Source of the DNA: a virus
Lineage: Duplodnaviria; Caudoviricetes
Virus record (IMG/VR): IMGVR_UViG_3300044259_000023
Coordinates: 1 to 42,243 of that record
Reading direction: 5' to 3' (one strand)
Length of the DNA stretch: 42,243 nt
Every line of letters starts with the position of its first letter. Within the stretch, counting starts at the first letter, position 1. The notes under the pieces were generated by a model that did no database searches, had not been told where the DNA came from, and saw only the letters and a program-made list of their open reading frames with translations. A program made the position numbers and the translations under genes. Shown here in pieces: positions 8,938-16,026 of the stretch.

Positions 8938-9587
8938 TGTTTTTTCTCCAGCCTTTTGACTTTTACTGTGTGCGCCATCTGGCACAGAATCTCTTTGCGA
9001 GTCTCCCTGTCAACACCTCGGCCGATAAGGACTGAATTTCTGTTTTCCAGTGACGCGAGAAGGTCTAGGTCTGCCGCGCCAAGGGCGTCTCGATCCACTG
9101 ATTCAAACATGCCGGTTAGTGCGTAATTAACAAGTCTCGCCTCGTTGGCGTAGTGGAAGTGCTGGGTATCTTTGCCTTGCTCAGCCCTTACCATCTGCAA
9201 GATCTCGTTTGCGACTTTGTTTGATGACTTACTGGCGTGGCGCATCATGCCCCAGTCGATTGAATCTCGATCGCCGTGAATGATCTTATCGATTTGCAAA
9301 TCACACCAAACAGCAAAGTCATCACTAAGCCATCGAGCAAATGCAACGGCCAGCTTTGGGTGCATCCACGTCCCGCCATTGCGCCCGCGCGAGGTCTTTA
9401 TAATGTCAGATTTTCCAATATTTAAAGCCCTTGACATTGAATCAATGTAAGAGTCGGTTGATGGAAGCGAAAGCCAGTTTGCTGGGAGTTTCCCGAACTT
9501 CTCAGCGGCGGCGGTGGCGTTGAACCAGCCAGCATCATTGAATTGCATAACATGGCCGTCGAAGTCGGCCTTGATTAGCTTGACCAT
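8922..9587 (-). CDS. KilA-N domain DNA-binding protein
   Basis: GWFNATAAAEKFGK...W...RGRNGGTWMHPKLAVAFARWLSDDFAVWCD, the KilA-N signature. Confidence 0.9.
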   Translation of the reverse strand: MVKLIKADFDGHVMQFNDAGWFNATAAAEKFGKLPANWLSLPSTDSYIDSMSRALNIGKSDIIKTSRGRNGGTWMHPKLAVAFARWLSDDFAVWCDLQIDKIIHGDRDSIDWGMMRHASKSSNKVANEILQMVRAEQGKDTQHFHYANEARLVNYALTGMFESVDRDALGAADLDLLASLENRNSVLIGRGVDRETRKEILCQMAHTVKVKRLEKKQCRAS

Positions 9588-9672
9588 AAACACCTCGTAG
9601 TAGGTGGCGTAGATTGAAGTGGCGCGGCAGTGCAGTCTACGTTCTGCATTTTCGGATGCCTCCTAGCCGCAC
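9588..9672 (-). promoter_or_regulatory. Structured 5' leader of kilA-N (three-way junction plus RBS-sequestering hairpin)
   Basis: TATAAT at 9682-9677; stems GUGCGGC/GCCGCGC, UGCAG/CUGCA and CACCU/AGGUG. Confidence 0.6.
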
Positions 9673-9691
9673 GGTCATTATACAGCGGAAA

Positions 9692-9750
9692 TAAAAAAGC
9701 CCCAACTAGTGGGGCAGGCGAGCGGAGCTGGGAGGCTCTTGTGGAGATTG
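9692..9750 (-). ncRNA. Putative ~58-nt anti-Shine-Dalgarno small RNA (sRNA-A)
   Basis: TTGCCA(9784)-17-GATAAT(9761) promoter; terminator GCCCCA-CTAGT-TGGGGC-TTTTTT; no ORF; three CUCC motifs. Confidence 0.6.
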
Positions 9751-9785
9751 ATCTGATTATCGCCCCGCCAGAGTTAAATGGCAAG

Positions 9786-10106
9786 TCAGTGTAACAACTG
9801 GTCTCCGTCGAATTGCAACTGGGCTATCTCAGCAGGCATCACGCAATGTCCGTAGGCAGCCGACTCGGTGATCGTCCCATCCAGGTTTTTCCACTCGTAG
9901 ACGGCGGCCGGAAGGTTGATTTGCTTTCCATCTCGGCTAACCGCCACTGACACGCCGAACGCGGTCACACATCCATCCTCAGCGATTGTGGCTGGTACCC
10001 GCTCTGACCGCCCGTTGATTGTCACCTCAACGCTGGCGGAGTAGATCCCGACATTGGCTAACCGGTCATCCCATAGCATCAGCGTTTGTCGATTGATGAT
10101 TGGCAT
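9786..10106 (-). CDS. Hypothetical protein
   Basis: 106-aa ORF, RBS GAGG, in operon. Confidence 0.6.
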   Translation of the reverse strand: MPIINRQTLMLWDDRLANVGIYSASVEVTINGRSERVPATIAEDGCVTAFGVSVAVSRDGKQINLPAAVYEWKNLDGTITESAAYGHCVMPAEIAQLQFDGDQLLH

Positions 10107-10112
10107 ATGGCC

Positions 10113-10631
10113 TCACTTTGTCTTTTTGATGCCAGTGCAACCAGAGAATGGCTGTACGTGAATCACGTCATCAACTAACGGCCTGCATGCCTCGATGATT
10201 CGCTCATCATCATCCACAAGCACCAGGCGCCGACCTTCAAGGGCAGCAATGCGACCAATCATGTCGGCCTTGTAGTCTGCTGCTGACCGGTGATCGCTTT
10301 GCTCTCGCATGAGCAGCTGGGCGCACAGTACTTTGTCACACAGGTGCTTGCAGCTAAAAATTTCACGAGAGGCGCGATTCAGTGACACTCGCGTTTCCTG
10401 CTGGCAAATCTCACTTCGCCCGGTAAGAAACAGGATGTGATGGCCGTGGCGCATAAGCTCACCCATTAGCTGCCACATGTGGACAATCGGATAGTCATCG
10501 ATGCAGGCCAGATTGAAAGCATCCCACTGCTCAGTCGTGGAGCCGCACCCAGTCGGCAGCAGGCGCTCCCGGTGGCTGTTGTCCATCAGTGTGCCGTCAA
10601 TGTCCATGATGTAGAGTGTTTGGCTGTTCAA
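10113..10631 (-). CDS. HAD-superfamily phosphatase (resembles the polynucleotide kinase 3'-phosphatase domain)
   Basis: DIDGT motif I, LTGR motif II, LMR..D.R, DD motif IV; TTG start after GAGGAG. Confidence 0.8.
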   Translation of the reverse strand: MNSQTLYIMDIDGTLMDNSHRERLLPTGCGSTTEQWDAFNLACIDDYPIVHMWQLMGELMRHGHHILFLTGRSEICQQETRVSLNRASREIFSCKHLCDKVLCAQLLMREQSDHRSAADYKADMIGRIAALEGRRLVLVDDDERIIEACRPLVDDVIHVQPFSGCTGIKKTK

Positions 10632-10634
10632 CTT

Positions 10635-10838
10635 TTACTCCTCAATCCGCTCAATTTCATTGTTAATGGCTGCCAAAATAGCGGCCGTCTTGCTGCCGTA
10701 GTTCTGCGCCAGTTTATCCAGCGCTGCCTCCTGCTCATCTGTCAGATAGATGGCCGGAGTTCTTGGCCGCCCCTTTCGCTTTTCCAGGTAGTGCTTTAGG
10801 TCTGCCCTGGCGTTTGCCTCTGTGCGCTGGCGCTTCAT
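10635..10838 (-). CDS. Small DNA-binding protein (ribbon-helix-helix-like)
   Basis: IYLTDEQEAALDKLAQNYGSKTAAILAAI pattern. Confidence 0.5.
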   Translation of the reverse strand: MKRQRTEANARADLKHYLEKRKGRPRTPAIYLTDEQEAALDKLAQNYGSKTAAILAAINNEIERIEE

Positions 10839-11362
10839 GCTTCTGATATCCCGCGTTTAAATGGCACCCTGATGGACCGACCAATCTTGTGTGCCGGGAA
10901 CAGAACCAGCGCAGAGCCGAAATTTGCGCCAGACTTCATCGTTTCTCCGTCGCGCTCCAAAAACTGATATCGGCCGTCCGGCTCATAGATGATCACCTCA
11001 TCAGCTAGCAGCTCTCTCCACCACTTCGTTAGCGGCTCGTAAGGAAGGAGCATCATGCCAGGATGCCCGTCCGCCTGAGCGCTCCTTGCTGCACCGATAA
11101 AAGAGGTCTTATCGGTAAATGGCGGATTGCACCACCAGTCATCATCCCATTCGGATGTGAGCGCATCCACGCCAACAGCATCAAGATCGTCATCATCAGG
11201 GCGAACATAGTATCGTTTGCATTTTGCCGTCTTTGCTTCTGCTGCCACGTCAAGCTTGAAGCTGCGCCCGTAGAGCCACTCGGCATCCTTGAATGCCTTC
11301 CAGCTCGTTGCCCAGAAATCTTTATCTTGCTCAGGCGTTTTCGTTTTAACCAGTATCGCCAT
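10835..11362 (-). CDS. Phage DNA N6-adenine methyltransferase (Dam-like)
   Basis: KDFWAT, FKLDVAA, WCNPPF catalytic motif; sequence specificity not determinable. Confidence 0.85.
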   Translation of the reverse strand: MAILVKTKTPEQDKDFWATSWKAFKDAEWLYGRSFKLDVAAEAKTAKCKRYYVRPDDDDLDAVGVDALTSEWDDDWWCNPPFTDKTSFIGAARSAQADGHPGMMLLPYEPLTKWWRELLADEVIIYEPDGRYQFLERDGETMKSGANFGSALVLFPAHKIGRSIRVPFKRGISEA

Positions 11363-11517
11363 TATCTCATCTCCGCATCACGATCATTCCATCCGGCTGC
11401 CCACCAGTGGCGATCTTCCCAGCTCAAATCGCCGGGTGGATTTGCTGGCTGACCCAGGCAGCTAGCTGTAACACCAGCGTGATAGATTCGCATCTTTGCC
11501 TTTTCGCGGACGGTCAT
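11362..11517 (-). CDS. Small protein with Rmf/CrpP-like motif
   Basis: YHAGVTA...G...NPP...W.AGW, 51 aa. Confidence 0.5.
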   Translation of the reverse strand: MTVREKAKMRIYHAGVTASCLGQPANPPGDLSWEDRHWWAAGWNDRDAEMR

Positions 11518-12089
11518 TTTGTTTGCTCCGGCTTGGGTGCGGCGGCGAGCATGGCGCTCCATTGATGGTCTGGGCAGTCCAGGCACCAGTTATCCCCACT
11601 CTCACACTCCTCGTGCGCGTCATGGAACGCCTCGCGCATGGCCCTAGTCAATTCAATAGGCACCAGCTTCCAGCCATCCGGCACCATATTCCCAACGCCA
11701 GCAAAATGGTCATACAGCTCACTGGAAAGCAATGATTCACACTTATCAAGGTGCTCAGAGAGAATGGATAGAGCGTCTTCTTTCCCGTCGTTTTCGCTAA
11801 GGTCGATAAGGAAACCAAGCGCCTTATTGATGTCGCAACTGTCACGCAGCAGCTCAGCCATCGCAGCGATCTGCTGATTTGCAGCTTTTAGCTGTTGAGC
11901 AAATTTATCTCGCTCAAGCCCAGACTTTCCGGCCATTACATATGCCGCATCCCGCTGCTCCTGCATCTTGGCTGCGCCATTGGCGCACTCCTGCAAATGG
12001 GCTTGCAGATCTTCAATCTGCTTTGCCATGCACATGTGCTGCTCAGCTTGGTGCTCGCCCATGGCTTGAAGTTGCTGTTTGTCGATCAT
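11514..12089 (-). CDS. Coiled-coil phage protein with VPDGWKLVP...AMLAAAP module
   Basis: C-terminal motif typical of lambdoid Eaa-like modular proteins. Confidence 0.65.
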   Translation of the reverse strand: MIDKQQLQAMGEHQAEQHMCMAKQIEDLQAHLQECANGAAKMQEQRDAAYVMAGKSGLERDKFAQQLKAANQQIAAMAELLRDSCDINKALGFLIDLSENDGKEDALSILSEHLDKCESLLSSELYDHFAGVGNMVPDGWKLVPIELTRAMREAFHDAHEECESGDNWCLDCPDHQWSAMLAAAPKPEQTK

Positions 12090-12250
12090 TCCCAGATCTC
12101 CTTGTGCTTGTTCTCGATTTCCAGCTGCTCGCGCATAACCTCAATCTTGCGTCGAGCTTCCGCGTTGCGGCGATCACGCTCTGACTGGCGATATTCGCGC
12201 TCTACCTTCGGGCGGCGCGGGGCCAAGTATTCGTTGAATGACTCACTCAT
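12086..12250 (-). CDS. Hypothetical protein (54 aa)
   Basis: ATGA-coupled at both ends; track start at 12400 is unlikely. Confidence 0.6.
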   Translation of the reverse strand: MSESFNEYLAPRRPKVEREYRQSERDRRNAEARRKIEVMREQLEIENKHKEIWE

Positions 12251-12372
12251 GCCACCACACTCCCGATGATTGCGATACAGGTCAAGAACGCCAGGAACTT
12301 CACGTCGTCGCCGTGTTTTCGCCACCAGATCTTGAATTGCGATGGCTTTTTGCTGTTTACGTAGTCTTTCAT
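12247..12372 (-). CDS. Small membrane protein (41 aa; not in ORF track)
   Basis: RBS GGGAGG; MKDYVNSKKPSQFKIWWRKHGDDVKFLAFLTCIAIIGSVVA. Confidence 0.6.
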   Translation of the reverse strand: MKDYVNSKKPSQFKIWWRKHGDDVKFLAFLTCIAIIGSVVA

Positions 12373-12399
12373 TCCAACCTCCCAGTTGATTTCGAGACA

Positions 12400-12443
12400 A
12401 ATATAATATTGAGCACTCAATACATCAAGTGATTTGTGTCACA
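12400..12443 (-). promoter_or_regulatory. Sigma70-like promoter with palindromic spacer and CRP-like box
   Basis: TTGATG-17-TATATT; spacer palindrome TATTGAG-TG-CTCAATA; TGTGA-N6-TCACT abutting the -35. Confidence 0.6.
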
Positions 12444-12446
12444 AAT

Positions 12447-12662
12447 TCAGATTCGGCCATCCTGCAACCGCATAATCGACGACTTAAGCCACAGCGCCGG
12501 TATGCCATGCTTCTTGCTCTCTTGCTGAACGCGTTTAGCAACGATTCTGGCGCATTCCTCATGGTTGCCCTTGTGGTTGCCTAGCTCGACCTCTAACTCT
12601 TGCAGCAATCGCTTTGCAAGCGCTCTGGCTGCTAATCGCTCAGTTTCGCTAAGGGCTCTCAT
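12447..12662 (-). CDS. Hypothetical protein
   Basis: 71 aa, ATGA-coupled to upstream gene. Confidence 0.6.
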   Translation of the reverse strand: MRALSETERLAARALAKRLLQELEVELGNHKGNHEECARIVAKRVQQESKKHGIPALWLKSSIMRLQDGRI

Positions 12663-13051
12663 GACATTGCCGCCTCATACTGCGCTTTTGTGCAGCGCTC
12701 CCATGTGAACCCTGCATGGTTAGCTGTCAGACCCTTGGTTGCCCGGTAAACGTTGCTGATGTTGAACCCATTCGCGGCAAGGTGCTTTGTGTTGCAGAAG
12801 TAGTGGCGCTCGCCGGTCGAGATGCTGGTGGCAACAAAGCAGGCATTACCCCAGGCGGCGCGGCGGCGCTCGATGAGCCCCAGGCGCATTGCCTTCTTGA
12901 CAGCCCATTCCACATTTCCGGTTCGCTCGCCGGTGAATGCAGCGATCTGCTTGTTGGTTAATCCTCTCACGCGCATCTCGATGTAGCGCGCCACATGCGG
13001 CCACATCTTGTGGCCGCGGTAATCGACAAATTGTGATGGGTTGTAGTACAT
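12659..13051 (-). CDS. HTH + NUMOD1-like DNA-binding protein (paralog 1)
   Basis: GLTNKQIAAFTG HTH-like segment; C-terminal TGE..F...HAGFTW; RBS GGGAGG. Confidence 0.6.
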   Translation of the reverse strand: MYYNPSQFVDYRGHKMWPHVARYIEMRVRGLTNKQIAAFTGERTGNVEWAVKKAMRLGLIERRRAAWGNACFVATSISTGERHYFCNTKHLAANGFNISNVYRATKGLTANHAGFTWERCTKAQYEAAMS

Positions 13052-13069
13052 GTCACACCTCCCAGTGTT

Positions 13070-14230
13070 TCAGTTTTTTATTGCAGAATCTATGCGGCGA
13101 CCAATCCACGCCATGCATGGAACGGCCATAGAGTTTCCAATCGCCTTGTAGCGAGGGCCGTCTGCTGCTGGTTTGCCGCGATATGACACATCGGTATGAC
13201 CGTCTGGAAACCCCTGCAGGCGCTCGCACTCAATGGGAGTGAGGCGACGAACGGCATTTACAAGCACCGCATTTTCCTGCCCCTGATTGCGGCCCAGCGT
13301 GTGGGCCAGCTCGGTGTTGGTGTCTGGGTCTTGGGTGCCGTGGACGGTCATCACAGCCAGATCGGTAGCATCCTTGTAGTCTCTGGCCTTCATAGTGCTG
13401 GCAGTGCCATCGCAGGCGTATTCACCAAACGCCACCATTCTGAACGCTTCGGCTGGGGTCAAATGTCCTGCTTGTCCTTGGTTGTCGTCTGCACCACACG
13501 TTCCAACGCCGTTTGCAGTAAGGGCGGCAACGACCGAGCCCGTTTCTCTGCTCGGTGGAGTATCCCGGCGCAGGCCTTCGGGCTCAAAAAGTACCGCTGC
13601 GGGATCGAACCCTGCTCGAGCACTTGCGACAACAAACACACGGAGGCGTCGTTGGGCCACTCCGAAATATTGGGCATCGAGGACGCGCCACGCGACTGCT
13701 CTTTTGGGGCCAAGCACACAACCAGCGTTCGACCATTTGTCCCCTGGCGGGACGATCTCGCAATCTTCTCCGGCAAGGAGGCCAAGGAATGAACCAAAAG
13801 CGTTTCCTTTGTCGCTGAGAACTCCGGGGACGTTTTCCCACCAGACGACGCAGGGAACATATCCAGTTGATCCTCTCTTCTCATCAATTTCATCTGCCAG
13901 CTCCACGAATTTGATTGTTAAAAAGCCACGGTCATCAGCCAAACCCTTTCTTGCCCCGGCCACGCTGAAGGCTTGGCACGGTGTGCCGCCGACCAGCACG
14001 TCTGGCGCTGGCACATTGTCATTCGCCACCTGCTCGGCAATCTTGGTCATGTCGCCAAGGTTGGTAACGTGCGGCCAGTGGTGTGCCAGAACCGATGATG
14101 GGAAAGGCTCGATCTCGGCAAACCATGCAGGTTTCCACCCCAGCGGCTCAACCGCAACGCTTGCCGCCTCAATGCCGCTGCACACGCTTCCGTAAGTAAT
14201 GGCTGCCTCTGAATTTGTTTTAGCGCTCAT
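13070..14230 (-). CDS. DNA cytosine-5 methyltransferase
   Basis: SVCSGIEA (I), GGTPCQAFS (IV), WENVPG (VI), Q.R.RVF (VIII), RRLTP.ECERLQGFP (IX), YKAIGNS (X). Confidence 0.95.
   Translation of the reverse strand: MSAKTNSEAAITYGSVCSGIEAASVAVEPLGWKPAWFAEIEPFPSSVLAHHWPHVTNLGDMTKIAEQVANDNVPAPDVLVGGTPCQAFSVAGARKGLADDRGFLTIKFVELADEIDEKRGSTGYVPCVVWWENVPGVLSDKGNAFGSFLGLLAGEDCEIVPPGDKWSNAGCVLGPKRAVAWRVLDAQYFGVAQRRLRVFVVASARAGFDPAAVLFEPEGLRRDTPPSRETGSVVAALTANGVGTCGADDNQGQAGHLTPAEAFRMVAFGEYACDGTASTMKARDYKDATDLAVMTVHGTQDPDTNTELAHTLGRNQGQENAVLVNAVRRLTPIECERLQGFPDGHTDVSYRGKPAADGPRYKAIGNSMAVPCMAWIGRRIDSAIKN
13459..13893 (-). CDS. Nested alternative-frame gene inside the m5C MTase (M.EcoHK31I beta-subunit-like)
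   Basis: Same strand, different frame; GGAG 7 nt before ATG; peptide LLSQVLE...YFLSPKACAGILHRAEKRARSLPPLL. Confidence 0.6.
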   Translation of the reverse strand: MKLMRREDQLDMFPASSGGKTSPEFSATKETLLVHSLASLPEKIARSSRQGTNGRTLVVCLAPKEQSRGASSMPNISEWPNDASVCLLSQVLEQGSIPQRYFLSPKACAGILHRAEKRARSLPPLLQTALERVVQTTTKDKQDI

Positions 14231-14589
14231 AATTCCACCTTAATCCAATGAAACCCGCCGTGTGTGCCGCCAGTTGATGCGGCTCTGCGCACTGAACGTG
14301 GGCTAAACCCTGCGCCGTCAATGGCTCGCTCACCGGTAAAAACGAATTGCTCTCCTGTTGCGCGGCTGGTGGCCCGGTACTTCGCTGCGCCGAACCCGGC
14401 TCGACGGCGAGTGATCGCTCCGCGCTGGATGTACCGCGAGTTGATGGCGCTAACAGTCCCTAGGCTAACGCCCATCCATGCCGCTATCTGGCGGATCATG
14501 ATTCCGCGATTGCGCATAGCGATCACCATTTCGGTTGATGGGAGCATCACGCCATTTTCGGTGCTGACGAAATCACTTTTTTTGTGCAT
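14227..14589 (-). CDS. HTH + NUMOD1-like DNA-binding protein (paralog 2)
   Basis: Aligns end to end with 12659-13051 (MR.RG....QIAA..G...G.V; RRRA..G.A; ATS..TGE; H.GF.W). Confidence 0.6.
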   Translation of the reverse strand: MHKKSDFVSTENGVMLPSTEMVIAMRNRGIMIRQIAAWMGVSLGTVSAINSRYIQRGAITRRRAGFGAAKYRATSRATGEQFVFTGERAIDGAGFSPRSVRRAASTGGTHGGFHWIKVEL

Positions 14590-15160
14590 TGCTCTCTCTC
14601 CACTTGTTCACTCCGATAGCTAGGCTCTCCAGGCTCTTTCCGCTTTCCGCCTTCTTCTCGCTCAGCTCGATTCGCCCCGGTAGTGATGCCGGCAGTGCTT
14701 CAAGCGGTGTGCGTTCGAAGGTCTCATACATCCTGATGAACTCTTTGCGCTTCCATTCCATCTTGGCGCTCTCTGTCTGGCAGAGTGACTGCCATCCCCC
14801 CAGCGCTTTGACGGCTGCCAGCGCCTGCTTGTCGTCAAGCTTGAGAGTGCCATAACTCCCGATACGGCGAATGTCGCGCTCGATGCAGGCCCATGCCATG
14901 GCGGCCCGATCTTCGATTGCCGCCTCCTGCTGCTTTGTTGTTCCGGCGATCTGCTTGATAAGGTCGGCGGGCTTCGGGAAAAACTGGCCGGTATCCGTGT
15001 TCTGCATGTGGGCCATCATTGCCGCCCGGGCTTGCTCGATGGTCATCATCGACAGGGCAGCAAAGTAGATTTGCAGCAGGGGGCCGGTTATCTCTTTGCC
15101 GTACACCTCGCCAGCGGCCATCATGGCGCGCTCGAAAGCTGGTTTGTCTTGCTCCTGCAT
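14573..15160 (-). CDS. Replication-associated protein (DUF6475-like; probable helicase loader)
   Basis: GQFFPKPADLI, GSY..L.LDD, LGGW..LC, EFIRMY; directly downstream of initiator. Confidence 0.7.
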   Translation of the reverse strand: MQEQDKPAFERAMMAAGEVYGKEITGPLLQIYFAALSMMTIEQARAAMMAHMQNTDTGQFFPKPADLIKQIAGTTKQQEAAIEDRAAMAWACIERDIRRIGSYGTLKLDDKQALAAVKALGGWQSLCQTESAKMEWKRKEFIRMYETFERTPLEALPASLPGRIELSEKKAESGKSLESLAIGVNKWRESNAQKK

Positions 15161-16026
15161 CACCAACCCCCTTTCAGGTTTTCCAGGTTCTTGCGAGATA
15201 TGGCGCTGAGCCCCGCCATGGGCCCCTGCGCTGCCCGGGCTGCCGTTAGGTAGCCGTTGAACTTACCAGCCTGAAACAACGTCTCCGGTCGCAGGTACTG
15301 GGCCATCTTCGGATCGTGCAGCCACTCACCACACTTGAACCGCACAACGTCCAGCAGGTCATCAACGCTGTGTCCGTCACCGAGTCGGCCGCTGATGTTT
15401 GCAGAGTGGCTCTTTGTGCTGGCTCGGTACTTTGAGCCGGTTAGCGAGTTTAGGAGATCGATCACCTGCTTGACTCGCTCGTCTGCCGCTGGCTTTGGCG
15501 CGTCGTCGCAAACCGCAGGTTTCGACATAGATTCTTTAGTCTCTTCTCTAATCTCTTCTTGTCTAATCTGATCTAATCTAATCTGATCTTGCATGACGTA
15601 ATCAGGGTTCTCCTTGATGGCGTCATGATTTTTGCTTTCCTCCACTGCTGGGTTCGCAACATTTGACCCTCTGGCGAGCTTGAAAGAGTTAATGATTGCG
15701 CGCATTGCCGGGTTGCTAGTCATTGACTGATCGATGCGTTTTGCCAGTTTCATGCAGGTTATGACGCCATCGCAGTTTTCAAACAGGCCGATCGTCACAA
15801 AGTAGCGCATCATTTCTTCAACCTTCTGCGCTGTGCTCCCGGTGTTTCGCGCAATGATCCTGGCGTCGTGCTCAAGGCTGAATGTGATGTTGTCGGAATC
15901 AACATTCCCGGCGATCAGTTCTATGCAGTACCAGTAGAGGCCGTAGCCTTCCAGCCCGTAATCAAGCAGCACGTTTTGCAACTTGCTGTCTGAACTGGCG
16001 TTTGTGTCATGCTTAAACCATTTGAT
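15160..16026 (-). CDS. Phage replication initiator, probable ATC start
   Basis: N-terminal KWFKHDTNA..D.KL...YGLEGYGLYW (Lin1244/DUF4373-like); C-terminal W.HDPKM.QYLRPETLF...KF.GYL; frame open only to ATC 16026. Confidence 0.8.
   Translation of the reverse strand: MKWFKHDTNASSDSKLQNVLLDYGLEGYGLYWYCIELIAGNVDSDNITFSLEHDARIIARNTGSTAQKVEEMMRYFVTIGLFENCDGVITCMKLAKRIDQSMTSNPAMRAIINSFKLARGSNVANPAVEESKNHDAIKENPDYVMQDQIRLDQIRQEEIREETKESMSKPAVCDDAPKPAADERVKQVIDLLNSLTGSKYRASTKSHSANISGRLGDGHSVDDLLDVVRFKCGEWLHDPKMAQYLRPETLFQAGKFNGYLTAARAAQGPMAGLSAISRKNLENLKGGW
15542..15591. repeat. Ten tandem TCTNN pentamers; candidate origin element inside the initiator gene
   Basis: tcttc tctaa tctct tcttg tctaa tctga tctaa tctaa tctga tcttg. 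Confidence 0.6.

Noticed and set aside
12251-12400. N-terminal extension of the 12086-12400 ORF
   Set aside because: Its TTG start overlaps the promoter -10; the region is better explained by a 41-aa gene with a strong RBS in another frame
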